Origin: Winogradskyella sp.
GTDB lineage: Bacteria > Bacteroidota > Bacteroidia > Flavobacteriales > Flavobacteriaceae
Assembly: GCF_013213835.1 (NCBI RefSeq)
Contig: NZ_JABSSU010000005.1
Coordinates: 205,294-269,293 of the forward strand
Direction: 5' to 3'
DNA: 64,000 nucleotides
Both the position numbers and the translations under genes were made by a program. Position 1 is the first letter of the stretch. Each line of letters opens with the position of its first letter. This document shows, one piece after another, positions 19,940-30,769 of this stretch. The notes under the pieces were generated by a model that saw nothing but the letters and a program-made list of their open reading frames with translations, had not been told where the DNA came from and ran no database searches.

Positions 19940-22132
19940 TTACTCCTTTACTCCTGCCATTTTCCCTTTAATAGAGTATGTCATTTTTAAGTCTTGAAGT
20001 ACATTTAAGGCTTCTTCAATATACACATCCTTAGATAAATTAACATGCCATCTTCTTCTCTTTTCTTTTAAGATAGAATCTTTTTCCATCAGTTGCACTT
20101 CGTATGGTAAGGATTTAAATGTAAGGTCTGTTTTATATTCTGAAAGCTTTTCAAAACGTCTAGCTTCTTCTTCATTAACTTCCATTTCTTTTTTATAATC
20201 GTCATAATTTAATGAGAACACTTCTCTATCTCTCATTCGCTTTACCCATTGTGCATTTTCATCTATCAATTTCAATTGATCATTAGCAGCCATACGGGCT
20301 TTACTTTTTTCTATTGTAGCCTCGTAATCAAAATACTTATCCCAATATTCATAATCAACAGCATCAATTTTATCCCAAGGCAACGGATTTTCTTGGTCTT
20401 TCTCACCTATATCAATATAACTGTAACGATCTGGAACTACGACGTCGCTCTTTACACCTTCAAGTTGTGTAGAACCACCATTAATTCTGTAAAACTTTTG
20501 AGTTGTAAAACGTAATGCTCCCATATCACCATTAGAATTGTTACGCACCATTCGATTTAAATCAAATACAATTTGAACCGTCCCTTTACCATAAGTCTGC
20601 TTACTTCCTATAACAATTCCTCTTTTATAATCTTGCATTGCTGCTGCTAAGATTTCTGATGCAGATGCAGACAATTCATTTACTAAAATCACTAATGGAC
20701 CATCCCAAATTATGGACTTGTCTTCATCTTTGAGTACTTCTTTTGGCTCACCTGTTGTTTTCACCTGCACAACTGGCCCATCTTCAATAAATAACCCAAC
20801 AATATCTACTACAGTTTGTAAAGATCCTCCTCCATTATTCCTAAGATCTAAAACCAAACCTTCCATACCTTGTTCTTTTAAACGAATGACTTCTTTTTTG
20901 ATATCTGAAGCTGCATTTCGCTTGTTATAATCTTCGAAATTGATATAAAATTTCGGTAGATTAATGACACCAAAGGTTTTACCATCTTTATCTACTGTTG
21001 AAGACTTGGCATAAGTTTCTTCTATCTCTACAACATCTCTTGTAATATTTATATCTTGTGTAGTTCCATCAACTTTTTTGAGCGTTAGTGTCACCACAGT
21101 GCCTTTCGGTCCCTTGATGAATTTTATGGCGTCGTCTAGACGCATACCAACCACATTTACTGGCTCTTCTTCATCTTCTTGTTTTACTTTAAGAATATGA
21201 TCACCAACTTCTAATTCATTTGCTCTCCAAGCAGGACCACCACTAATCAATTCTGTTACCACAATCGCATTTCTTCGCTTTTGAAGTCTTGCGCCTATGC
21301 CTTCAAAATTCCCAGAAATTGCTACATCAAAACGGTCTTTATCTTCTGGTGCGTAATATGCTGTATGCGGATCGAATTCATTTACTATAGCATTCATGTA
21401 CACCGCAAACCAGTCTTCTCTTCTTCTATCTTTAATAAAATCATATAAATCATCAAGTGACTGCTTAGTTTCTAGTCTCGCCTCAGATTCAATCTCTTTT
21501 TCTGACTTCTTTTCCAATTTTTCAGTCGCAGTGTCTTCATTGAAAACACTTTCAGGCAGATTATTTGAGGACAAGTCTGAATTCCTTTCTTCTAAAGCAG
21601 CATCATAATTCGCGATAGATGAAAATTTTAATTGTTGCCTCCAACGTTCTTTCATTTCACGCTTATTCTTCACATAGTCTAATGCTTCATAATCTGCGAC
21701 AAACGTTTCGTCTTTTGAATAATCAAATGGTTTCTCTAATATCTCAGTATACAACTTCTTAGACTCCTCAATGCGCTCAAGTAAACGCTGATGTGTTAAA
21801 TTAAAAAAGGTTAAGTCATAAGACTGTAACTGATCATCAATCTCATTTTTATAGGCTTGAAACTCTTCGATATCAGAAGCATAGAAATAGCGCTTTAATG
21901 GATCTAACTGAATTAAATAATCATCGAAAACACTAGCCGAAAACTCATCGTTTAATTCTTGTGGATCAAAATGACCTTGATCTAAAAGATAAGTAATCAG
22001 CTGTATGAGTAATTTGTCTTTATCTGGATTGTCAAACGTCTTATTTGTAAAACTGCACGAAGCAAATGCGATTAAAAGTGCAAGCAACAAAAACTTATAA
22101 TTCCCTTTCATGTCCTTATTTATATTTTTCAA
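19940..22132 (-). CDS. Carboxy-terminal processing peptidase (family S41)
   Basis: 730 aa. Lipoprotein-like N-terminus (LLALLIAFASC), a PDZ-like middle, a catalytic Ser region (ELSASASEIL) and a Lys region (YGKGTVQ). Confidence 0.85.
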   Translation of the reverse strand: MKNINKDMKGNYKFLLLALLIAFASCSFTNKTFDNPDKDKLLIQLITYLLDQGHFDPQELNDEFSASVFDDYLIQLDPLKRYFYASDIEEFQAYKNEIDDQLQSYDLTFFNLTHQRLLERIEESKKLYTEILEKPFDYSKDETFVADYEALDYVKNKREMKERWRQQLKFSSIANYDAALEERNSDLSSNNLPESVFNEDTATEKLEKKSEKEIESEARLETKQSLDDLYDFIKDRRREDWFAVYMNAIVNEFDPHTAYYAPEDKDRFDVAISGNFEGIGARLQKRRNAIVVTELISGGPAWRANELEVGDHILKVKQEDEEEPVNVVGMRLDDAIKFIKGPKGTVVTLTLKKVDGTTQDINITRDVVEIEETYAKSSTVDKDGKTFGVINLPKFYINFEDYNKRNAASDIKKEVIRLKEQGMEGLVLDLRNNGGGSLQTVVDIVGLFIEDGPVVQVKTTGEPKEVLKDEDKSIIWDGPLVILVNELSASASEILAAAMQDYKRGIVIGSKQTYGKGTVQIVFDLNRMVRNNSNGDMGALRFTTQKFYRINGGSTQLEGVKSDVVVPDRYSYIDIGEKDQENPLPWDKIDAVDYEYWDKYFDYEATIEKSKARMAANDQLKLIDENAQWVKRMRDREVFSLNYDDYKKEMEVNEEEARRFEKLSEYKTDLTFKSLPYEVQLMEKDSILKEKRRRWHVNLSKDVYIEEALNVLQDLKMTYSIKGKMAGVKE

Positions 22133-22272
22133 AATGGTAGATTATACTAAAATAGAAGAAAAAACCATGCCAATAAAAAATAGCGACACTAAATTTTTGT
22201 TAAACCAGAAATTACAAGTTGTTACATTGGTTTTTAGTACTTTTACATTACCTAAGAATCAATACTATTTAC

Positions 22273-23046
22273 ATGTCAAAACGACCATTAATTTTAATTA
22301 CAAATGATGACGGAATTACAGCTCCTGGAATCAGAACTTTAATAGCTGTAATGAAGACCATCGGAGATGTTATTGTAGTCGCTCCTGATAGCCCACAAAG
22401 CGGTATGGGTCATGCCATTACTGTTAATGCGACATTACATTTAGACAAAGTTAAAATTGAAGGTGATGATACTGAATACAGTTGTTCTGGTACACCTGCA
22501 GATTGTGTGAAACTTGCAGTTAGAGAAATTTTAAAAAAGAAGCCAGACATCTGTGTTTCAGGCATAAACCATGGCTCTAACTCTTCAATTAATGTGATTT
22601 ATTCCGGAACCATGAGTGCGGCACTTGAAGCTGGTATTGAAGGTATACCTGCAATTGGCTTTTCCTTATTAGACTACAATTGGAATGCCAATTTTGAGCA
22701 TTGTAAATCTTATGTAAAAACCATTACAGAACAGGTTTTAGAACACGGATTACCAGATGGTGTTGTGTTAAACGTTAATCTTCCTAATGTTAGTAAAGCT
22801 GAAATTAAAGGCATTAAAATCTGCCGCCAAGCTAGGGCGAATTGGGTTGAAGAATTTGACAAGCGCACCAACCCGATGGGAAGAGAATATTATTGGTTGG
22901 CAGGTAAATTTGTTAACGAAGATAATGGTGAAGACACCGATGAATGGGCTTTAGCGAACAACTATGTTTCTGTTGTACCTGTGCAGTTCGATTTAACCGC
23001 ACATCACACTATTCAGCAACTAAACACTTGGAATCTCAATGACTAA
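22273..23046 (+). CDS. surE: 5'/3'-nucleotidase SurE
   Basis: From the ATG at 22273: MSKRPLILITNDDGITAPGI... The track start at 22219 adds 18 residues with no family resemblance. Confidence 0.92.
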   Translation: MSKRPLILITNDDGITAPGIRTLIAVMKTIGDVIVVAPDSPQSGMGHAITVNATLHLDKVKIEGDDTEYSCSGTPADCVKLAVREILKKKPDICVSGINHGSNSSINVIYSGTMSAALEAGIEGIPAIGFSLLDYNWNANFEHCKSYVKTITEQVLEHGLPDGVVLNVNLPNVSKAEIKGIKICRQARANWVEEFDKRTNPMGREYYWLAGKFVNEDNGEDTDEWALANNYVSVVPVQFDLTAHHTIQQLNTWNLND

Positions 23047-23080
23047 TTTCGACTTTATAATCTTTAAACACTTCGATTAA

Positions 23081-24202
23081 ATGAAGTACTATATTATTGC
23101 TGGAGAAGCTTCAGGTGATTTACATGGTTCTAATTTAATGAAAGGTATTTTGAAGCAAGATACCAACGCAAATATCAGATTTTGGGGAGGAGATTTGATG
23201 CAAGCTGTTGGTGGCGAATTGGTAATTCATTATAAGGAACGTCAATTTATGGGGTTTGCAGAAGTTATTATGAACCTTCGCAAAATATCTGGTCATATAA
23301 AATTCTGTAAAAAAGATATTGAAAGTTACAATCCTGATGTGATTATCTTCATTGATAATTCTGGATTTAACCTAAGAATTGCCAAATGGGCAAAAGAAAA
23401 CAACTATAAAACACATTACCATATTTCACCTCAAGTATGGGCGTCTAGAGCAAGCAGAGTTGAAAAAATAAAACGCGATGTTGATGCTATGTATTGCATT
23501 CTTCCGTTTGAGAAAGCATTCTACAAAACATATAATTATGATGTTCATTTTGTTGGGCATCCACTTATTGATGCCATTGCAGATAGACCACAAATTGATG
23601 AAAACCAATTTAGAGACACACATCATTTAGGTTCTAAACCCATTATAGCACTATTGCCAGGTAGTAGAAAACAAGAAATCACCAAAATGCTCGGCGTAAT
23701 GCTAAGTTTAGTAGATGATTACAAAGATTATCAATTTGTTATTGCCGGTGCACCTAGTCAAGATTATGAGTTCTACAAAGGCTTTATAAAACAAAACAAT
23801 GTGAGTTTTATATCTAATAAAACCTACGATTTATTAAGCATTTCTAATGCAGCATTGGTGACTTCTGGAACAGCAACTCTTGAAACTGCCTTATACAAAG
23901 TCCCGCAAGTAATCTGCTATAAAGCCAATGCCATTAGTTATCATATTGCGAAAAGAATTATTACACTTAAATATATTTCATTGGTAAATTTAATTATGGA
24001 CCGAGAAGTAGTTACAGAATTGATTCAAGGCGACCTTAACAAAACAAAACTTAAGCAAGAGCTAAACAAAATTCTTGATTCTGATAACCGAGAAAAACTA
24101 TTCATGGATTATTATGAATTAGAGGAAAAACTAGGTGGTAAAGGAGCTAGTGATAAAGCAGCCAAATTAATTTATGAGAATATCTTAAATTCTAAAAACT
24201 AA
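23081..24202 (+). CDS. lpxB: Lipid-A-disaccharide synthase
   Basis: 373 aa. GT19 N-terminus MKYYIIAGEASGDLHG. Confidence 0.9.
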   Translation: MKYYIIAGEASGDLHGSNLMKGILKQDTNANIRFWGGDLMQAVGGELVIHYKERQFMGFAEVIMNLRKISGHIKFCKKDIESYNPDVIIFIDNSGFNLRIAKWAKENNYKTHYHISPQVWASRASRVEKIKRDVDAMYCILPFEKAFYKTYNYDVHFVGHPLIDAIADRPQIDENQFRDTHHLGSKPIIALLPGSRKQEITKMLGVMLSLVDDYKDYQFVIAGAPSQDYEFYKGFIKQNNVSFISNKTYDLLSISNAALVTSGTATLETALYKVPQVICYKANAISYHIAKRIITLKYISLVNLIMDREVVTELIQGDLNKTKLKQELNKILDSDNREKLFMDYYELEEKLGGKGASDKAAKLIYENILNSKN

Positions 24203-24219
24203 AAACCATCTCTATTGAA

Positions 24220-24729
24220 ATGAAAAAGATACTACCGCTTCTATTATTCTTATTATTAGTAAGTAGTTGTAAGTCTAAGAAACGCTATACATCTTCTAAA
24301 CGACAAACTAAAACAGTTAATGTTACTACTTCCAAAAAACCAACAGAAGAGGCAAAGGCCATTGTTAAGACTGCCAAAAAATTTAGTGGAACACGCTACA
24401 AATTTGGTGGTACCACAAAACGTGGTATGGATTGCTCTGGCTTAGTGTATACCACTTTTAAGGAGCATAATATCAACTTACCTAGAACTACTAGAGACCT
24501 TAAAAGTGAAGGCCATTGGATAGATATTAAAGATGTTAATGTTGGAGATTTAGTGTTTTTTGCTACTAAAAAAAATAGTAGGAATATTAACCATGTTGGT
24601 ATTGTGACTCATGTTAGAACTGGTCATGTAGAATTTATTCATGCCTCAAGTAGCAAAGGCGTTATGATATCATCACTTGCCGAACGCTATTGGTATTTTG
24701 CTTACGTACAAGCACGTAGAGTTTTGTAA
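24220..24729 (+). CDS. NlpC/P60 (C40) peptidoglycan peptidase lipoprotein
   Basis: 169 aa. Lipobox LLVSSC. Catalytic Cys in MDCSGLV and His in INHVGIV. Confidence 0.85.
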   Translation: MKKILPLLLFLLLVSSCKSKKRYTSSKRQTKTVNVTTSKKPTEEAKAIVKTAKKFSGTRYKFGGTTKRGMDCSGLVYTTFKEHNINLPRTTRDLKSEGHWIDIKDVNVGDLVFFATKKNSRNINHVGIVTHVRTGHVEFIHASSSKGVMISSLAERYWYFAYVQARRVL

Positions 24730-24778
24730 TCTTTTTCTGTATTTTAATTGAATTTGCTATATTTAGTAACTGACTATC

Positions 24779-26809
24779 ATGAAGTTATTAAATTTTACAA
24801 TCATAAAGCTTACGCTTTGCCTTGTCATAGGCATTATACTCGGCCGTTATTTCCGTTTTAATTTTCACATCTCAACGCTATTATCTATTGGACTAATCAT
24901 CTCAACAAGTGTTTATTGGTTCTTTCAAAGAGGCAAAATAATTGATTCAACATTTTTTGCCATTTTAGGTTATGCATGTATGACGAGCCTTGGAATTAAT
25001 GCTTACAATATTCAAAATGAAAGGTTAGACACAATCCATTACACCAATTTTCAGGTTGAAAGCAACTTTAATGACATTGTATTTACAACTGAAGAGCGAC
25101 TAAAACCGGATCTTTATAATGACAAATATATTGGTCGGATTCAATCCATAAATAACTCGGCTGCCAATGGTCGAATTCTGATTAATATCAAAAGAGATTC
25201 AATTGCTTCAAACTTACCCATAGATGCTGTTCTATTGGTAAAAAGCGAATTTAAAGGCATTCAAAAACCTTTAAATCCCCATCAGTTTAATTACAGCGAA
25301 TATTTAGAATTAAAACAAATCTACAAACAGATATACCTCAAAAAATCTGAAACTTTTTTACTATCAAAAGAAAAAACTTCCATTTACGGATTTGCTGACG
25401 CACTGAGACAAAACATTAATCAAAACCTAAAACAAGCTGGATTTAAAGATGATGTTTTAAGCATTATTAATGCGTTATTATTAGGACAAAGACAGTCTAT
25501 TGATAAATCCATATATAACAATTATGTCAATTCAGGAACCATACATATACTTGCAGTATCTGGCCTTCATGTTGGTATAATATTATTGATTCTAAATTAT
25601 CTTTTTTCGCCATTACTATACTTAAAACATGGACGCATACTAAGACCTTTAATTATTATCACTTTATTATGGGCTTTTGCTATTGTAGCAGGCTTATCAC
25701 CTTCTGTAACTAGAGCAGTAACAATGTTTAGTATCATAAGCTTTGCCATGCATTTAAAACGACCAACAAATATTTACAATACACTTGCGATCTCAGCTTT
25801 CTTTATTCTATTGGGAAAACCAATGTTTCTATTCGAAGTTGGTTTTCAGCTAAGTTATTTGGCTGTTTTGGGTATTGTGAGTATACAACCTATACTTTAC
25901 AGAATAGGGAATCCCAGGTTTTTATTGACAGATAAACTGTGGCAAATTTTCACTGTTACTGTTGCTGCCCAAATTGGGGTTTTACCAATTAGTTTATTTT
26001 ACTTTCATCAATTTCCTGGATTATTTTTCGTGTCAAATTTGGTCATTATTCCTTTTCTAGGAATAATCTTAGGTTTAGGACTCTTAGTTATATGTCTTTC
26101 GCTTTTACATCTATTACCATCATGGTTAGTACATATCTATACTTTTATAATTGAAAGTTTAAATAATTTTATTGCTTGGATTGCACAGTTTGAAGACTTT
26201 CTGTTTAGAGATATTCCTTTTACGTTTCTTCAAGTTATTTGTAGCTATTGGTTTATTGTTTCGATAGTACAACTCAACAGGGGCAAAAATTACAAATGGA
26301 TAATTGCGTGCCTCATTGCAATTATTGGCTTTCAGAGTACATTATTCATTAATAAGTACAATTCAAAACATGAAGCTTTTATTGTATTTAACAAAAGTCG
26401 TCATTCTATTATCGGGCAAAAACAAAGTAATCAACTTACAATACATCATAACCTCGATGCTTTAAAACTAAAAACTGAAAATACCGTTAAAAACTATAGC
26501 GTTGGTGAAATGATTGATACTATCTCTTTTGATGAATTAAAGTCCATTTATAAATTCAAAGACAAAACTATTTTAGTAATTGACAGCTTAGGTGTTTACA
26601 AGAACATTTCTTTTAATCCCGATTATATCTTACTAAGAGAATCACCTAAAATCAATCTCAATCGGTTAATTGACAAACAAGAACCAAAACTTATAATTGC
26701 AGATGCAAGCAATTACAAATCCTACGTAAAACGATGGAAACTGACTTGTGACAATAAAAAAATCCCTTTCCATTACACCAATGAAAAGGGAGCATTTATA
26801 TTAGATTAA
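24779..26809 (+). CDS. comEC: ComEC/Rec2 family membrane protein
   Basis: 676 aa polytopic protein. Competence-domain motif HILAVSGLHVG. No C-terminal metallo-beta-lactamase motif is obvious. Confidence 0.8.
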   Translation: MKLLNFTIIKLTLCLVIGIILGRYFRFNFHISTLLSIGLIISTSVYWFFQRGKIIDSTFFAILGYACMTSLGINAYNIQNERLDTIHYTNFQVESNFNDIVFTTEERLKPDLYNDKYIGRIQSINNSAANGRILINIKRDSIASNLPIDAVLLVKSEFKGIQKPLNPHQFNYSEYLELKQIYKQIYLKKSETFLLSKEKTSIYGFADALRQNINQNLKQAGFKDDVLSIINALLLGQRQSIDKSIYNNYVNSGTIHILAVSGLHVGIILLILNYLFSPLLYLKHGRILRPLIIITLLWAFAIVAGLSPSVTRAVTMFSIISFAMHLKRPTNIYNTLAISAFFILLGKPMFLFEVGFQLSYLAVLGIVSIQPILYRIGNPRFLLTDKLWQIFTVTVAAQIGVLPISLFYFHQFPGLFFVSNLVIIPFLGIILGLGLLVICLSLLHLLPSWLVHIYTFIIESLNNFIAWIAQFEDFLFRDIPFTFLQVICSYWFIVSIVQLNRGKNYKWIIACLIAIIGFQSTLFINKYNSKHEAFIVFNKSRHSIIGQKQSNQLTIHHNLDALKLKTENTVKNYSVGEMIDTISFDELKSIYKFKDKTILVIDSLGVYKNISFNPDYILLRESPKINLNRLIDKQEPKLIIADASNYKSYVKRWKLTCDNKKIPFHYTNEKGAFILD

Positions 26810-26812
26810 AAC

Positions 26813-27385
26813 CTATTCCTTAAAAGTAGGCTCGAAATTTTGATAATACTCGTTAAATTTTTCCTGAGTTGTCATTTCTTTATACTTATCAGTTTTAAAC
26901 AACTTTAAGTACAACTCTAAGCCTTGTGGCTTTTTATAACCAGTTATTGGTTGCGTTATTACTTTTCCATCCTCATCAAAAAACACTATTGAAGGATAAG
27001 CTCTAACACCTAAAGCTCTAGAAAACTCGTGCGGACTGTTTCTTCTATTTGCTTTAGCAGGATCGTAATTTGGATTCTTATACGTTTTATCTTTATAATT
27101 CACTGTTTCGTTTCCTTCAGCATTGAATTTTACAGCATAAAAGTGTTCGTTAACATACTCAACGACATCTGCATTTTGGAAGGTATTCTTGTCTAACATT
27201 TTACAAGGCCCACACCAAGTGGTATAGACATCCATAATAATTTTTTTAGGTTCCTTCTTTTGAAGCTCAATGGCTTCATCAATAGATACCCAATTAATTT
27301 TTTTATCTGCTGCTTCGTCTACATTATTAAAAGAGAATAAGGTTCCGAAAGCTATAAAGGCTAATAGTATTTTAAATTTTTTCAT
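26813..27385 (-). CDS. Secreted thioredoxin-fold protein
   Basis: From the ATG at 27385: MKKFKILLAFIAFGTLFSF signal peptide and a WCGPC active site. The track start at 27475 adds 30 residues upstream of the signal peptide. Confidence 0.8.
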   Translation of the reverse strand: MKKFKILLAFIAFGTLFSFNNVDEAADKKINWVSIDEAIELQKKEPKKIIMDVYTTWCGPCKMLDKNTFQNADVVEYVNEHFYAVKFNAEGNETVNYKDKTYKNPNYDPAKANRRNSPHEFSRALGVRAYPSIVFFDEDGKVITQPITGYKKPQGLELYLKLFKTDKYKEMTTQEKFNEYYQNFEPTFKE

Positions 27386-27491
27386 TTTAAGCTGAATTTG
27401 TTTCAGTAATAGATTTGTTGCAAATGTTATACCGAACTTACAAAAAATGCTCCTAAACAGGAGCATTTTCATCATTTTTTAACGGTTATCA

Positions 27492-29267
27492 CTATTTAAC
27501 ACCATGCATTAATCGTTTTAACAATGGGTGTAATGCGAATGAAATTAACCCAAGGACTACCGGAACAATTGTAAAAATCAAAAAGAAATATGAAAGACCA
27601 TCTTCTTTGGTAATCTTTTCTATATCACCACCAACATAATGAGCCATTTTATTACCTATGGCAATTGCCAAATAATAAACACCAAACATAAAAGCTACCA
27701 TTCTGGCTGGAACTAGTTTACTTAAATAAGATAAGCCCATAGGCGATAAACACAACTCACCCAGCGTATGAAATAAATAAGCTAATACCAACCAAATCAT
27801 ACTTAATTTAGCCGTTTCAGCACCTAAAGGCACATTTCTAGTTGCAAAAGCCAACAACCCAAATCCAATAGCCATTATTATTAAACCCAAACCATATTTT
27901 ACGGATGCTGGTGGATTATATTTACTATCCCACCATTTTGTAAATAAGGGCGCAAATACTATTATAAACAACGAATTAAGAATGGCAAACCAAGTAATTT
28001 CCACTTCTTTAGCTTCTACACTGAAATTTATATAAAGTTTGTAAATAACAAGAGCCCAAATAAGAACAAAACTTATTGCAAGAACAATGTTCGAGAATCC
28101 AATACGCTTGAACGTTTTTCCAAATAAACTAATCAACACATAAGTTATAATTCCAATAGGAACTATCGTTACAATCGCGTCAATTATTTTAAAAATAGAT
28201 GCCGCATTACCTTCCAAAACTCTATCTGTAAAGTCCTTAGTGTAAATAGGTAAAGAACCTGCTGCTTGTTCAAATGCAGCCCAAAAGAAAATTGTGAATA
28301 TGCAGAAGATAGTAAATGCAATCATCCTATCCCTTACAACTTTTTCATAACGAGGTATACGAACAATAAGTATAACGATAAAAACTAATGCTGCGAGTAA
28401 AGCAAAAAATAATGAGTCTGTCATACCAGCTACAGTAAAATTGAGAACATTTATATTACCAATTTTACTCAATGGGTCATTTATAATAAATATTAGTGCA
28501 GAGACTATAAAAACTGCTATCAATGCATAATCAACTGGCAAAAATTTATTTAATTTTTCAGAGATATTGTCTTTTGCATTACCCGCATTGTCAACAAGAT
28601 TATCTATTAGATCAATTTTCTCATTCTTTGGTTTATCCCCAACGGTACCAAATAATGGCTGAGCATAGTAAAATTGGACCATTCCTAAAAACATAAAAAT
28701 ACCAGCTAAACCAAAGCCATAGCTCCAACCCACATTTTCTCCAAGCCAACCACAAAGCATAATACCTAGAAAAGCACCAGCATTCACTCCCATGTAAAAA
28801 ATATTATATGCACCGTCTTTCTTATCATCATGACCTTCATACATTTTTGATATTATCGATGTCATGTTTGGCTTAAAAAAACCATTACCTAAGACTAATA
28901 GAAATATACCTATATAAAGAAATGTTGGAGTTTCAACTGCCATTGAAGCATGACCTAAAGTCATTAGTAATGCACCTATTACCACGGCCATCCTATAACC
29001 AATTTTATTGTCTGCCAACCAACCACCAACAATTGGTGTTAAATAAACAAACATAGCATATGTTCCTAAAAGAGATAAAGCAGCAGGTTTTTCCCATCCC
29101 CATCCAGGATTATCACCAGTTAAACCGCCTATTAGAAAAATAACAAGTATGGCACGCATTCCATAATATGAAAAACGCTCCCACATTTCTGTAAAGAATA
29201 AAACAAACAGACCGGCTGGATGCCCCATTACTTTTGTCTCGAAAAAGTTTTCGGTAGTATTACTCAT
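27492..29267 (-). CDS. POT/PTR2 family di/tripeptide:proton symporter (long form)
   Basis: 591 aa. PTR2 signature FTEMWERFSYYGMRAIL. Polytopic. Confidence 0.9.
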   Translation of the reverse strand: MSNTTENFFETKVMGHPAGLFVLFFTEMWERFSYYGMRAILVIFLIGGLTGDNPGWGWEKPAALSLLGTYAMFVYLTPIVGGWLADNKIGYRMAVVIGALLMTLGHASMAVETPTFLYIGIFLLVLGNGFFKPNMTSIISKMYEGHDDKKDGAYNIFYMGVNAGAFLGIMLCGWLGENVGWSYGFGLAGIFMFLGMVQFYYAQPLFGTVGDKPKNEKIDLIDNLVDNAGNAKDNISEKLNKFLPVDYALIAVFIVSALIFIINDPLSKIGNINVLNFTVAGMTDSLFFALLAALVFIVILIVRIPRYEKVVRDRMIAFTIFCIFTIFFWAAFEQAAGSLPIYTKDFTDRVLEGNAASIFKIIDAIVTIVPIGIITYVLISLFGKTFKRIGFSNIVLAISFVLIWALVIYKLYINFSVEAKEVEITWFAILNSLFIIVFAPLFTKWWDSKYNPPASVKYGLGLIIMAIGFGLLAFATRNVPLGAETAKLSMIWLVLAYLFHTLGELCLSPMGLSYLSKLVPARMVAFMFGVYYLAIAIGNKMAHYVGGDIEKITKEDGLSYFFLIFTIVPVVLGLISFALHPLLKRLMHGVK

Positions 29268-29292
29268 AAAAAATTAATTTAGTTAGTAGTAT

Positions 29293-29326
29293 AAAAAACC
29301 CTTACACATAAGGTTTGCATAAGGGT
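29293..29326 (-). terminator. Probable terminator between the two POT genes
   Basis: Stem accctta/taagggt (29298-29304 / 29320-29326), followed on the minus strand by T6 (complement of 29293-29298). Confidence 0.45.
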
Positions 29327-29344
29327 ATATTTTTTAAATATTTA

Positions 29345-30742
29345 TTAGCTATTGATGTCTGGATCTGCTAGCTCATACTTTTCTGACTCTAACATCTCAT
29401 GCTCGTTATCTTCTGCACCATGAGTTAAAGCTTCGAGCTTCTTTCTAAAAATCATTACTAAGAAACCAAAGACAACACAGAACACAGCTATACCTGTGAA
29501 AATTGTAAATTCTCCTAGCTTTTCTGAAGCCTCACCAAGTAAACCAGCGAGCTTATTACCAAACCCAGTCATTGCAAAATAAACACCCATCATAAGAGAC
29601 GCATACTTAAGTGGCGCCAATTTGGTAATGTAAGATAATGCAACCGGTGAAATACACAACTCACCAACTGTATGGAATAAATAAGCTAAAACTAACCAAT
29701 ACATTGCAGACGAACCCGCACTTTCAAACTGTGCTGCCGCAGCTGTCATGAAAAAGAATCCTGTACCCATTATAATTAAACCGACTATCATCTTAAAAAG
29801 ACTAGTAGAAACTTTAGCCTTTAATTTTCTAGTTGCCCAATAACCTGCTACAGTTGTGCCTAAGAAAATAATGAACATTGCATTCAAAGACTGAAACCAA
29901 GATGCTGGCACTTCCCAACCCATTAACATACGATTGGTCTTCTCAGAAGCATAAATATTCATTAACCCACCGGCTTGTTCAAAAGCTCCCCAAAACACAA
30001 TTACGAGTAAAAATGAAATAAGTAAAACTACAATTCTATCTTTCTCAATTTTAGTTAATGGTTTATCCATCGCTTCTTGCTCAAGTTTATTTTCTGAAGC
30101 ACCCAAAAAGTTACCAACTTGTTTGAGATATTTTAGTCCTGCCAAATACTGAATTAAACCTGCTGCCATTCCAATACCTGCTAAACCAAAACCGTAATGC
30201 CAGCCATGAACTTCACCAACATACCCTACAATTAAACTAGACAGAAATGCACCGATATTAATTCCTATATAAAATATTGTAAAACCTTTGTCCCTTCTAA
30301 TATCTCCTTGCTTATACAAACCTCCTACCATTGTAGATATGTTTGGTTTCAACATTCCAACACCAGCCACGATTAATCCTAAACCAGTGTAAAATGCCCA
30401 TAATTGTTCTATTGCCAAAATACTGTGGCCTGCAACTAAGAGTATTCCACCATACAGCACAGATTTTTTTTGACCTAAAAATTTATCTGCAATCCAACCT
30501 CCTGGAATAGAAGCTACATATACTAACATCGTATACCATCCGTAAAGTGCTAAAGCCTCTCCATTCGTCCACCCTAATCCAGCATTATCTCCAGTTGTTT
30601 GCGCTACTAGATATAATACAAGTATGGCTCTCATTCCATAATAAGAAAAACGTTCCCACATTTCAGTGAAAAACAAAACATATAATCCTACTGGATGACC
30701 AAATAGCTCCTTTTGGTGTGGTTGTTTAGTTAGTGTTGACAT
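29345..30742 (-). CDS. POT/PTR2 family di/tripeptide:proton symporter
   Basis: 465 aa. The same signature, FTEMWERFSYYGMRAIL. Confidence 0.9.
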   Translation of the reverse strand: MSTLTKQPHQKELFGHPVGLYVLFFTEMWERFSYYGMRAILVLYLVAQTTGDNAGLGWTNGEALALYGWYTMLVYVASIPGGWIADKFLGQKKSVLYGGILLVAGHSILAIEQLWAFYTGLGLIVAGVGMLKPNISTMVGGLYKQGDIRRDKGFTIFYIGINIGAFLSSLIVGYVGEVHGWHYGFGLAGIGMAAGLIQYLAGLKYLKQVGNFLGASENKLEQEAMDKPLTKIEKDRIVVLLISFLLVIVFWGAFEQAGGLMNIYASEKTNRMLMGWEVPASWFQSLNAMFIIFLGTTVAGYWATRKLKAKVSTSLFKMIVGLIIMGTGFFFMTAAAAQFESAGSSAMYWLVLAYLFHTVGELCISPVALSYITKLAPLKYASLMMGVYFAMTGFGNKLAGLLGEASEKLGEFTIFTGIAVFCVVFGFLVMIFRKKLEALTHGAEDNEHEMLESEKYELADPDINS

Positions 30743-30769
30743 AAAATCTATATTTTTTAGTTAGTTAGT